From the IMG/VR virus record IMGVR_UViG_3300033069_001193, positions 21,783 to 85,782 of that record: a stretch of 64,000 nucleotides of DNA. One strand, 5' to 3'. Shown piece by piece: positions 55,600 through 64,000 of the stretch (positions within the stretch are counted from its first letter, which is position 1; each line of letters begins with the position of its first letter). The notes below the pieces were generated by a model that was not told the origin of the DNA, ran no database searches, and worked only from the letters and a program-made list of their open reading frames with translations. Origin of the DNA: a virus (taxonomy: Duplodnaviria; Caudoviricetes). A program made the translations under genes and the position numbers.

Positions 55600-56414
55600 G
55601 CTGCATGTGCCTCAACGTGACAACGCTCACAGAGGACGATCCCTGACACGTCGTGCTGGACGTGGTAGTCGGTAACCCAGGCCGCAATGGCGTCCTTTCG
55701 CTCGAAGTCGTCGTCCGGGCGAGAAGGGTCGACCTCACCGTGGACTGCAATCGCCTTCTGCAAGATCTGGGCGAAGCGCTCCTGGTCGTGGTGGACCTCA
55801 AGTCCTGGGCCGGAAACACCGCAGGCGCTGCACTTGAAGCCGGACGCCTTCAGCTTTGGGTAGGTCCACACGGTGTGGAGTCGTGACCGGACGATAGGTT
55901 GCAGTGCGGAGGAACCGCCCTTCCACTGTGAGTGATTGGGTCCAGTGAGAGGCACGATAGCACCGGTCTCCCAAGACCTTTTGATGCCATCTGAACGTCG
56001 CTTCAACTCATCAGGATGTGACAAGATCGTCTTGCTGCCTTTCGAACCATATGCAGCAAGACGTTCGTCTGTCTCTTTGGTCTCGCCTCTGTTCCAGATC
56101 TTGATCTCGCCACGATCGTGCATAGCACGACGTACGTCTTGACTCTTCTGCTGGGCCGCTGCATTGTGGCCCCAATTGTTTTTCACTCGAGAGTAGTGAC
56201 CACACACGTATTCGGAAAATCCGTCATTGATGTTCAGATACCTGACGACACCACCGCAGCCACAAGCACATGTAGGCCTCGTACCTCCGTGGAAGAGCAC
56301 AATCCTCAGTCGCTCAGCGGTCTGCTTGTGACGCTTCCGGTAGTGAACTGATAAGGAGAGCAGGTTCTGATGACAGAAGTCGCAGTCCGGACACTTGTAA
56401 GTCGATTGTTCCAT
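55596..56414 (-). CDS. free-standing HNH homing endonuclease
   Basis: N-terminal C2H2-like finger, CACGCG, NHSQWKGG NUMOD-like motif, CSAC...LEVHH...LCERCH. Confidence 0.8.
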   Translation of the reverse strand: MEQSTYKCPDCDFCHQNLLSLSVHYRKRHKQTAERLRIVLFHGGTRPTCACGCGGVVRYLNINDGFSEYVCGHYSRVKNNWGHNAAAQQKSQDVRRAMHDRGEIKIWNRGETKETDERLAAYGSKGSKTILSHPDELKRRSDGIKRSWETGAIVPLTGPNHSQWKGGSSALQPIVRSRLHTVWTYPKLKASGFKCSACGVSGPGLEVHHDQERFAQILQKAIAVHGEVDPSRPDDDFERKDAIAAWVTDYHVQHDVSGIVLCERCHVEAHAA

Positions 56415-56470
56415 CGAAGCACAGTATCAAGAATCCTTGACACGTACATTCGATAAAAATCGTAGTCGAC

Positions 56471-56959
56471 TTAAAATTGTAGAACCGCGTTATCGTACCT
56501 GAGCGTCAGGCTGATCTCAACCGCGCCACCATCTTCATAGGTGAGCTCACCGAAGTTCGCCTCGGTGATGAAGGCGCCCTTGATGTCCCACAGCTCGACG
56601 ATGGTGCCCACTGGGTCCAGCAGCTTCAGTTGCACGTCACGCTTGTAGAAGTCTGCATAGCCGGCGCGGCCCGAGACTGACTCGAAGTGGAGGCGGATCC
56701 ACTCCATGATCTGTTGAGCGCCCGAGGGGGCGATCGGATCGTGCAGGGTGACGGCGATCGTATTGAACTTCGTCAAGCCTGCCAGGTAACGACGCGCGTT
56801 GATGAACGGCATCTCGACCTCTTCGGTCGTCACCGTCGGTCTCGCAGCCGTCTTACAGATGTAGGCATCAATGCCCTCAATCATGAGGATCCAACGGTTC
56901 TTGCGCTTCGGCTCAAACTTGTTGGGCAGCATCGACGTGACGTCAAGTGTCTCAGCCAT
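56471..56959 (-). CDS. tail tube protein (T4 gp19-like)
   Basis: FEPKRKNRW, TLHDPIAPSGAQQIMEW, YKRDVQLKLLDPVG..VELWDIKGAF, LTLRYD. Confidence 0.92.
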   Translation of the reverse strand: MAETLDVTSMLPNKFEPKRKNRWILMIEGIDAYICKTAARPTVTTEEVEMPFINARRYLAGLTKFNTIAVTLHDPIAPSGAQQIMEWIRLHFESVSGRAGYADFYKRDVQLKLLDPVGTIVELWDIKGAFITEANFGELTYEDGGAVEISLTLRYDNAVLQF

Positions 56960-56984
56960 CGTAGTCTCCAGTCACCGGATGTCG

Positions 56985-56991
56985 TAAGTAT
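56985..56991 (-). promoter_or_regulatory. putative late promoter ATACTTA
   Basis: 25 nt upstream of the tube ATG, with a GGAG SD between. Confidence 0.62.
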
Positions 56992-57010
56992 TCGTCAGGC
57001 ACCGTTAACC

Positions 57011-57430
57011 TCAACGGCTCGGTGGATTAGAGCTCGTCCGCCGACGTGCCAGGTCACCTGCGGGAGTTTGCTTGCCAGCAGTCAGCTCAGGCATGCTATC
57101 AAGGGCCTGGAGCACTCGATTGATGCCGTTCAGCAGGGTGTGTGCCTGATCGGAAGCCTTCGGACTGGTCGCCGACTGGTACAACTCTCCCAAAGCCTGC
57201 TTGGCCCCGTTGAGGTTATCCTTCAATTTCTTGAGAGAGGACGACTGCCCACCGGCCGCGGCGATGCTGCCGCCGGCCTGCGACAGCTCTTCCTCGACCA
57301 ACAGGCGCAGGCGTGCTTCAGTCATCTTGACTGACTTGCCCGGCTTCTGCTTGAAGCGGCGGACCATCTCGTCACTGACCAGCTCAGTGAGCTCTGATTT
57401 CGTGATCTTCACTTTTCTTTCCTTGCTCAC
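57011..57430 (-). CDS. small protein with two leader-like segments
   Basis: KVKITKSELTELVSDE and VKMTEARLRLLVEEE, followed by a coiled coil. Confidence 0.72.
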   Translation of the reverse strand: MSKERKVKITKSELTELVSDEMVRRFKQKPGKSVKMTEARLRLLVEEELSQAGGSIAAAGGQSSSLKKLKDNLNGAKQALGELYQSATSPKASDQAHTLLNGINRVLQALDSMPELTAGKQTPAGDLARRRTSSNPPSR

Positions 57431-57436
57431 TCAGCT

Positions 57437-60400
57437 TCAGGGAATCGCCTGGTTGAGGTTGTTCGTCACGACGAAGTCAAGCGAGACAAACTCGATCGAC
57501 TTGGTGGGTTGGACGAAGATCTTGCCTCGAACGGTGTTGTTCTCAATGTCCTGTTGCGTCGTGGTCGATGAGTCGATAACGACCTTGAATCGCTCCAGAC
57601 CTGCCTGGGCCTGGATCCTCTGCAGACGCGGCGTGACAGCGGCCGAGAACTTGGCCAGTGTCGACTCACGGTTGGGCTCGAACAAGATGTTGAGCGCGAT
57701 CTCACGGACCTGCCGCCTGATCTCGATCAGCAACCGGCGGACGTTGACACGATCCAGCGCGCTGGCCGCCTGCTGCAGCGTCTTCTGACCCCAGACCACT
57801 ACGCCGCCCTTCGGATTGGTTCCGCCCGTGGCGTTGCCCGGGAAGGCCGTCAGCGGGTTGATCCGGGCATCGTACAGGACGTCCATGTTCGGCTTCGACA
57901 GTTGGACGGTCGACTCAAGCGTGGTCTGCAGGGCACCACGAGTGAAACCAGCGGGTGCGAACCATGGATGGCCCACCTTGTCGTTCAAGGAGAGGGCGCC
58001 GAGTACGGCGACAGAAGGCGGGACGATGACGTTGGTGCCAGTGGTCGGATCAGGCATCACTACGTCAGGGAAGTAGGCCGCGCCGAAGCTGCTGTCCAAT
58101 GCCCGCAAGGCAAAGTTCTGTGTGGTCAACGCGACAGACGGAGTCTGCGTGTTGCTGGTCACCAACTGGTAGTTGTTATCGTACTCCTCGATGTCCATCA
58201 CGTACATGGCATCGAACCGGCTCTCAACTGCATTGAGTGCGGCGTCGGTGACGATGGCATGACGAATACCTGGGATGGCCAGGAGCTGCAGATCGGTGAC
58301 CGACATCTCACCCATGATCTGAAGAGCTTTGGTGTAGGATGACACCGTGGCGCCCAAGTTGGCGCCCCTGCTCGGATCCTCCATGTCGGCCTCGATGGCC
58401 GCGTTGGTCAGACGTGCCTCGTCCCGATCGAACATGTTGGTCCCGTCAAAGCCACCCTGCATGAAGAAGGTCCACTTCAGGAAGCGGCGGTTCGCCTGGG
58501 TGAAGTCGTCTGCCGTCAAGGCACGGGTCTTGGCCGAATTATCGGCCGGGATGTTGCCGCCCCGGACATAGACAGCTGCTGCCCACTTGCTGGGGTCGGC
58601 CAGACCCGACGAGCCCGTCATCACCTTGACGTTCATCAGAGAGAACGCGTTAGCGTTGAAGAGGTCATTATCGATAACGCCGTTTGCCGTGGTCGTCGGC
58701 TCGCCCGCGTTGTCAGGGGTCGCGAAGTTCTGAATGTCGATGCGGTGGTTCGGGAAGAACTTGGCGAAGGCATCCATCGACCTATTTCGTAGGGTCGACA
58801 GGTTGGGAGTCGACAGGCTGGTGACGTGCTCGAACTGGTAGCCCCAGTACAGCAGTGGGTTGACCTGAATCTTGCTGTTCGAGCCTTGCGTGATGTTCTG
58901 CCGCATTGGCACTGGCGGTTGCTTGATGCGTGTCCAGGCCGAACCATCGACGATGGCATTGGTACCCTCGGGCAGCTTCAACGGGTCGGTACCTGCCGTC
59001 ATCAGGTGGGATGGACCGCGCAAGCCGACTGGCATTGCCGTCGGATCGACCTCGCCCGTGTCTACGCTTGGGTCAACCTCAATGCGGATCAGGTTGGAAG
59101 CGTTCGAGTAGTTACCGTCGACCACAATCTTTTGAGCGGTCGGACCGCGGTCGAAGTCAAAGTAGGAGTGTTGGTCGCCGATGACCTTGGCGATGTAACG
59201 GTCATCCGACGGATTGAGGCTCAGACCTCTCCACTGTTCTAGGTAGACTGGTGCAGCGTCATTGTCGCCCCACCTGCGGATCGTCAGGTCGAATGACGGG
59301 TACTGGTTGGCAGGATCGGTCGACGGAGCGATGTTCTCAATCGACAACTTGTACAGCGTCGACACACCTGCACCAGCGTCAATGGCATGGATCTTGAACA
59401 GGTTGTGAGGCTTGCCACCGAAAGGTTGTGACACGATCCACGGACTCGCCGCGTGGGTGAAGCGGTCGCGGAAATCCTCGAAGTCAGGCGCAGTAGCAGA
59501 TCCGACGTCACGGGCCGTCGAACCCGTCAATAGGAAGGCAGCGGGCTCTGCACCTGCGACGGCAGCCGTCAATGCACCCGAGCCTGATGCGGCGGCCACA
59601 ATGCCGGAGCCGGTGACTTCAGCAGTCGCCGGGTAGATGTCCCAAGACGCGTAGACCAGGTGACCGGCCTGCTGCAGCTTAGTCGAGTCCGTGTTGAGAA
59701 CGTTGACGAAGTAGTTGGGCGATGTGACGTCGAACGAAGCAGTCACCACGTTCGGGTACAGTGGATCGAGCCCTTGGTGACCATTCAACAGCAAAACGAA
59801 GTCCTGCTTGGCAATGCCACCTTGCAGCAACCGGACAGCGCCAAAGCCTGACCCGTTACCGTCATTGCCGATAGCCAGGGTCGCCGGCTTGGCACTAGTG
59901 GAGGTAGAACTTGATAGCGTCAGGACGACGCCGCTGGCCGCCATCAACACGCCACGGATGACAGGTTGTGAGGCAGAACCACTCTGTAGGCCCGCCGAAG
60001 AGAAGACAGTAGATCCTGCCGACTCCGACATGAAGCATCCCAGGAAATACGTCCTGCCTTCGGGGCCACCCACGTTGGCGTATGGATTCGGGCTTAGGAA
60101 GCCGTCACTACTAAGATCAGGCTGCTTCTCGCCGACCGTGAAGCCAGCCTGGGTGACGTCGCCTGTCTGCGTCGACCGCTGGTTTCCATCGCCCACTCCC
60201 AAGACCCTGAGGTACGTCATGGCCTGAGCATTCCGCAGCCACTCGCTTGCGGCCAACGGACCGAACTTGATGCCGTCGGTCGGACCGAACTTTGCGGTGA
60301 AGTCAGAGAAGAGACCGACTGTCACCGGGACGTATGCGGGACCCTTTACTGCAGTACCGATGATGCCTGCCGGGACACCGACCGGTTGCTGGGCCACGGG

Positions 60401-60460
60401 ACCGGAAAGGTCGATCTCCGTCGCTGAAACGCCTGCGCTGCCAAACTTGAGTTGAGCCAT
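57437..60460 (-). CDS. tail sheath protein, paralog 2
   Basis: EIDLS N-terminus, GIIGTAVKGPAYVPV, PPSVAVLG, PWFAPAGFTRG, VWGQKTLQ...ALDRVNVRRLL, PTKSIEFV. Confidence 0.95.
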   Translation of the reverse strand: MAQLKFGSAGVSATEIDLSGPVAQQPVGVPAGIIGTAVKGPAYVPVTVGLFSDFTAKFGPTDGIKFGPLAASEWLRNAQAMTYLRVLGVGDGNQRSTQTGDVTQAGFTVGEKQPDLSSDGFLSPNPYANVGGPEGRTYFLGCFMSESAGSTVFSSAGLQSGSASQPVIRGVLMAASGVVLTLSSSTSTSAKPATLAIGNDGNGSGFGAVRLLQGGIAKQDFVLLLNGHQGLDPLYPNVVTASFDVTSPNYFVNVLNTDSTKLQQAGHLVYASWDIYPATAEVTGSGIVAAASGSGALTAAVAGAEPAAFLLTGSTARDVGSATAPDFEDFRDRFTHAASPWIVSQPFGGKPHNLFKIHAIDAGAGVSTLYKLSIENIAPSTDPANQYPSFDLTIRRWGDNDAAPVYLEQWRGLSLNPSDDRYIAKVIGDQHSYFDFDRGPTAQKIVVDGNYSNASNLIRIEVDPSVDTGEVDPTAMPVGLRGPSHLMTAGTDPLKLPEGTNAIVDGSAWTRIKQPPVPMRQNITQGSNSKIQVNPLLYWGYQFEHVTSLSTPNLSTLRNRSMDAFAKFFPNHRIDIQNFATPDNAGEPTTTANGVIDNDLFNANAFSLMNVKVMTGSSGLADPSKWAAAVYVRGGNIPADNSAKTRALTADDFTQANRRFLKWTFFMQGGFDGTNMFDRDEARLTNAAIEADMEDPSRGANLGATVSSYTKALQIMGEMSVTDLQLLAIPGIRHAIVTDAALNAVESRFDAMYVMDIEEYDNNYQLVTSNTQTPSVALTTQNFALRALDSSFGAAYFPDVVMPDPTTGTNVIVPPSVAVLGALSLNDKVGHPWFAPAGFTRGALQTTLESTVQLSKPNMDVLYDARINPLTAFPGNATGGTNPKGGVVVWGQKTLQQAASALDRVNVRRLLIEIRRQVREIALNILFEPNRESTLAKFSAAVTPRLQRIQAQAGLERFKVVIDSSTTTQQDIENNTVRGKIFVQPTKSIEFVSLDFVVTNNLNQAIP

Positions 60461-60478
60461 CCTGTCCTGCCTCGTGTC

Positions 60479-60485
60479 TAACTAT
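60479..60485 (-). promoter_or_regulatory. putative late promoter ATAGTTA
   Basis: 18 nt upstream of the sheath-2 ATG. Confidence 0.62.
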
Positions 60486-60517
60486 CCCGTCTTTAACGCT
60501 TTCACCGGGAAGAGGTC

Positions 60518-63500
60518 TCAGACGAACTGGACGCCCGAGTTTGTAATGATGAAGTCGACTGCGATGACCTCGATCGCCCTTGTCGGCACTACCACGATCC
60601 GGCCGTTCAACTTGTTGAGGTCCTTGTCGGCCTGCGTGTTGTTCGTCTCATTCATGACGACCCGGAATCCCTCGATGCCAGCCTGTGACTGGATGAGACC
60701 CAATTGCAGGGAAGCCTGTGAGGTGAACCGTGCCCAGACGTCAGGAGTGTTCTGCTCGAACTCCAACTGCATGGCGATGCCCTTGATGATGCGCTTGATC
60801 TCCACCATCAGCCGGCGAACATTGACACGGTCGAGGGCCGACTTCTTGATCTGGCAGGTCTTCTGTCCCCAGATGACGAAGCCCTGGCGTGGGAAGGTGG
60901 CGATCTGATTGATCCTCGAATCATACAGGGTGTCCCTGTCAGCTGATGTCAACCGCACTTCAACGTTGGTGACGAAGTCGAGGGCTGCACGGTTGAAACC
61001 GGCGGGCGCGAACCACGGATAACCGACCCTATCATTGAAGGCTAGGGCGCCCAAGGCAGCGACCGAGGCCGGCACCTTGACGCGCCGGCGGTTTGTCTTG
61101 TCGTCGATGAAGACGTCTGGGAAGTAGGTGCCGATGTAGTTGTTATCGAGAGCCCTACCGTCGAACTGGCGTGACGTCTGGTTGACGTCAGGCTTGGTCG
61201 TCGAATCGTCGAACAGCCGATTGACGTTCTCGTCGTACTTCTCGATGTCCATCATGTAGTAGGCCAGGCCATAGCTGCGAATCAGCTGCCCAGCGTAGTC
61301 CGTGATGAAAGGCTCGCGGATGCCCGGGATTGCCAACAGGTTGTGATTGGCTTTCATCGGGTCTGTCATGATGTTGATAGCGCCCACGTAAGAGGCAACC
61401 GTTGAGTTCGACTGACCCGTGCCGTTTTGGTTCTCTCCGAAGCTGTTGGGAACGAAGCCTGGTGCCGCAGAGGCATCGAAGCTGGTCGCCCGGTCATTCA
61501 TCCGCCGTGAATCGCTGTCCAGGAAGTTGACGCCATCGAAGCCGCCTGCCAGGAAGGTGCTGAACTTCAGGTACTGGTTGAAGCGATTGAAGGTCGACGG
61601 GGTAGCCTTCGACAGCAGTGTGGCGAAGGTGATCCGGTTGCCCAACACAGCATCGGCAATGGTGTACTGGGTGGTGTCGACCACGCCATTGCGAATGTAG
61701 GCCGCCTCGCGCATGTGAGCGTCGACTGAACTCGTCAGGTCACTGATTGACGTATTGGACAAGGCGACCTTGGCCAAGGTGAACTTGTTGTCGTTCAGCC
61801 GATCAGCACCCGAACCAGTCACCACGGTGTCCAGCTGTGTTAGGCCTTGGAATTGGGTCAAGGCACGCAACAAGGCATTGGGTGCCGTCACCAGGTTCGG
61901 ATCCAATGGAATGTCATTGCGCTCGAACTTGACGCCCCAGTAGTACAGCGGGACAGCAAGTTCGGTGGTGCCGGGTTGGCCGAACCAGGCCGCCGTCGTC
62001 GGGCGCTGTCCTTTTGTTGACTTCGACCTGAATGGAATCGGCGGGACGATCGCACCGCTGAGCGCCTGCGCAGAACCGGTAACCACACCCGAGATGCGTA
62101 CTAGGTTTCCCGTCTGGGCAGCGTCGGTCAAGGAGTCGTTGGTCTTCAAGACGACAGGCCCGCGGAAACCGAACGGCAAGGCCGTCTGCGGCACCTGATT
62201 CCTGTCAACCTGCTCGTTCATCACTACGCGGATGTAGGCCGACACGTTCGGGTACTTGCCGTTAGCGACGATGCGACGTTCCAGCGGGTCGGCGGCGTCG
62301 AAGTTGTAGTACAACTTGCGGTCACCGATGACCTTTGCCACGTAGTTTGACGCCTGTGGATCGAGAGAACAGTTGTTGAACTGTTCCAACACATTCGGGC
62401 TGGTGTCATTATCGTCCCACGAGCGGACCTGCACGGCGAAGGTGCCGTACTTGTTGGCCTCATCAAGGGAGGCCTTCAGGTTGACGATCGACACCTTGAA
62501 CAGGCTGTTTGCATAGGCACCGTCATCCAGGGCCTCGATCCGAAAGAGGTCGTACTCCGTGGAGCCGTAAGGTTGGCTGATGAAGTATGACGTTGACGGT
62601 GTCCTGTAACGGGTATCGAAGGCACCGAAAGCCTTGCGGTAGACCAACGTGTTGTCACCCGAGGTGAGGCTAGTGTTGTTGGTTCCCGAGACGACGGCAA
62701 CCAGCGAATTGATCGTCGTAGCGATCTCATCGTCGACCGCAAAGTCGGAGTACAACAGGTGTTTGGCTGAGCCAAACTTGTCAGGGTCAGTATTCAGGAC
62801 CTTGGCAAGGTAGTCCTTCGCTGTCGGGTTAAGGGACGCTGACACGATGTGGACGCCCGCGTTGCCGTCCTCGTTGTAGTAGTTGTTGCCCAATGAGGTC
62901 GAGAAGATCAACTTGAAGTGGCCGGACGCGTCAGTAAGACCTGCATCATTCAGCGAGTTGACAACGCCGCCAGTCAGGCTACGGTTGTAGTCAGCAACCA
63001 TCATCTTAGTGCCGCTTGCCAACAGGACGACACCACGGACCAGATTGACTGTTGAATTGGCGAAGGAGCCGTTGTCGGTGTAGTCGGCCTGGCCGAAGGC
63101 CTCTGCGGCCTGTTTGGTGTGCTGGGCAACCAGGAACTTGACGCTGTGGTCGTGACGACCGAAAGCATCCTGTGTCGAACCATCGAGGTGGAAACCTGCG
63201 TTCAAAACGCGGCCCGTCAACTCGGTAGTCGCGATGTCAGTTGCTGTTGCGTTCGCTCCTGCGCCCAGTACGCGCAGGAACGTCAGCGCCTGGCGGTTGG
63301 CCAGGTAAGCGTTGGCTGCATAGGGCCCGAAGCGTTTCGGGTCTAGGTCGCCGAACTGGGCGACGAACTGGTCCCAGTTACCTACCGTGACCGGAATGAA
63401 TGCAGGCCCGCGGTTAGCGGTGCCGATGATGCCTGCAGGGACGCCGGCCGGCCCAACGGGGGCGGGCGCAGACAGATCGATCTCTCGATCAAAAAAGTTC

Positions 63501-63526
63501 GGCGACCTGAAAGTCTGCTGGGCCAT
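60518..63526 (-). CDS. tail sheath protein, paralog 1
   Basis: REIDLS, GIIGTANRGPAFIPV, PWFAPAGFNRA, IWGQKT...ALDRVNVRRL, PTRAIEVI. Confidence 0.95.
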   Translation of the reverse strand: MAQQTFRSPNFFDREIDLSAPAPVGPAGVPAGIIGTANRGPAFIPVTVGNWDQFVAQFGDLDPKRFGPYAANAYLANRQALTFLRVLGAGANATATDIATTELTGRVLNAGFHLDGSTQDAFGRHDHSVKFLVAQHTKQAAEAFGQADYTDNGSFANSTVNLVRGVVLLASGTKMMVADYNRSLTGGVVNSLNDAGLTDASGHFKLIFSTSLGNNYYNEDGNAGVHIVSASLNPTAKDYLAKVLNTDPDKFGSAKHLLYSDFAVDDEIATTINSLVAVVSGTNNTSLTSGDNTLVYRKAFGAFDTRYRTPSTSYFISQPYGSTEYDLFRIEALDDGAYANSLFKVSIVNLKASLDEANKYGTFAVQVRSWDDNDTSPNVLEQFNNCSLDPQASNYVAKVIGDRKLYYNFDAADPLERRIVANGKYPNVSAYIRVVMNEQVDRNQVPQTALPFGFRGPVVLKTNDSLTDAAQTGNLVRISGVVTGSAQALSGAIVPPIPFRSKSTKGQRPTTAAWFGQPGTTELAVPLYYWGVKFERNDIPLDPNLVTAPNALLRALTQFQGLTQLDTVVTGSGADRLNDNKFTLAKVALSNTSISDLTSSVDAHMREAAYIRNGVVDTTQYTIADAVLGNRITFATLLSKATPSTFNRFNQYLKFSTFLAGGFDGVNFLDSDSRRMNDRATSFDASAAPGFVPNSFGENQNGTGQSNSTVASYVGAINIMTDPMKANHNLLAIPGIREPFITDYAGQLIRSYGLAYYMMDIEKYDENVNRLFDDSTTKPDVNQTSRQFDGRALDNNYIGTYFPDVFIDDKTNRRRVKVPASVAALGALAFNDRVGYPWFAPAGFNRAALDFVTNVEVRLTSADRDTLYDSRINQIATFPRQGFVIWGQKTCQIKKSALDRVNVRRLMVEIKRIIKGIAMQLEFEQNTPDVWARFTSQASLQLGLIQSQAGIEGFRVVMNETNNTQADKDLNKLNGRIVVVPTRAIEVIAVDFIITNSGVQFV

Positions 63527-63557
63527 TACGGTGCTCCTCTAGCGTGTATCGCTTGGA

Positions 63558-63564
63558 TAACTAT
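63558..63564 (-). promoter_or_regulatory. putative late promoter ATAGTTA
   Basis: 31 nt upstream of the sheath-1 ATG, with an AGAGGAG SD between. Confidence 0.62.
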
Positions 63565-63594
63565 CCAGGTGCGGTCCCAAAGACCGCGCATCAC

Positions 63595-64000
63595 TCAGTC
63601 TTCGCCGAGGACGATAGTTAGACCGCCCAGGTCTGCCCCCGTCAGCACTGTCTCACCTGTGAATACATTCCTGCTCCTAACGCGCAGCAGTCGGGTGACC
63701 TTCTTGCCACTGTTATCGACTCCGACAATCTTCTGGTAGACGGCCGGCTGGTAACCCCTCGGTACTGCCTGCAAGGCAGGGTCCTGCGCGACCAACTCGT
63801 CCTTCTGTGGATAGAGCCAGGTGCCGTTGACACGACGCTGATCTGTCCTGTGAGAGCGCCCAATGTTGCTGTCATCCAAAGGCAAAGTCGGGTCATCAGC
63901 CCCCAAGAAAGGCTCTACTACCTCGCCTACACCGCCACCGCTGTGCAGCGGGCCGAAGGTGCCAAAACCACCACCATCGAGCAATGGGTAGCAGCCCAAA
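63595..64000 (-). CDS. C-terminal part of an upstream (probably structural) gene, truncated by the window edge
   Basis: Open frame runs to the window end in operon orientation. Confidence 0.6.
   Translation of the reverse strand, partial: LGCYPLLDGGGFGTFGPLHSGGGVGEVVEPFLGADDPTLPLDDSNIGRSHRTDQRRVNGTWLYPQKDELVAQDPALQAVPRGYQPAVYQKIVGVDNSGKKVTRLLRVRSRNVFTGETVLTGADLGGLTIVLGED

Noticed and set aside
39906-63526. Extracellular contractile injection system or tailocin in a bacterial chromosome
   Set aside because: Contiguous with phage-type replication genes, homing endonucleases and phage operon structure; no host housekeeping context.
63614-63620. ATAGTTA on the plus strand
   Set aside because: Intragenic and antisense with no downstream start; treated as a chance match.
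1-64000. tRNA, rRNA, CRISPR array or alternative genetic code
   Set aside because: No cloverleaf or T-loop signatures or spaced repeats were noticed; long genes read through in code 11 and all three stop codons are used. A tRNAscan run would be needed to exclude tRNAs fully.

Overview
This is a 64-kb segment of a large, GC-rich (roughly 60% by eye) contractile-tailed dsDNA phage, probably a jumbo myovirus, read in standard code 11 with nearly all genes on the minus strand. In transcription order (right to left) it holds: (1) a tail module with two ~1000-aa sheath paralogs, tube, assembly chaperones with a probable +1 frameshift, a 1470-aa tape measure, tube initiator, LysM baseplate protein and hub; (2) a replication and nucleotide module (minimal family-A polymerase, HD protein, gp32-like SSB, RecA, dUTPase, 5'-3' exonuclease, DnaB-like helicase, NrdJ, HDAC-family deacetylase, ThyX, Tmk, Dam); (3) an accessory/RNA-repair region (two Hsp20, RlaP-like NTase, PNKP, Nudix, metallophosphoesterase, MTase, NTase, HNH, Dps-like protein, UDP-glucuronate decarboxylase); and (4) a DnaE polymerase fractured into two genes joined by a naturally split intein, with a Vsr-like homing endonuclease between the halves. 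The most striking undescribed pattern is about a dozen otherwise unrelated, scattered ORFs (a protein kinase-like protein, a Dps-like protein, domain-shuffled proteins) that share an amphipathic N-terminal leader ending in (L/I/V)-x-E. Most sit 5-6 nt downstream of a conserved (A/C)TA[CGT]TTA element, sometimes inside a start-codon-occluding hairpin. This suggests a portable 'late promoter + capsid-targeting leader' cassette that loads diverse cargo into the virion (inference). No tRNA, rRNA or CRISPR array was recognised. All annotations are by motif recognition only; no database searches were run.
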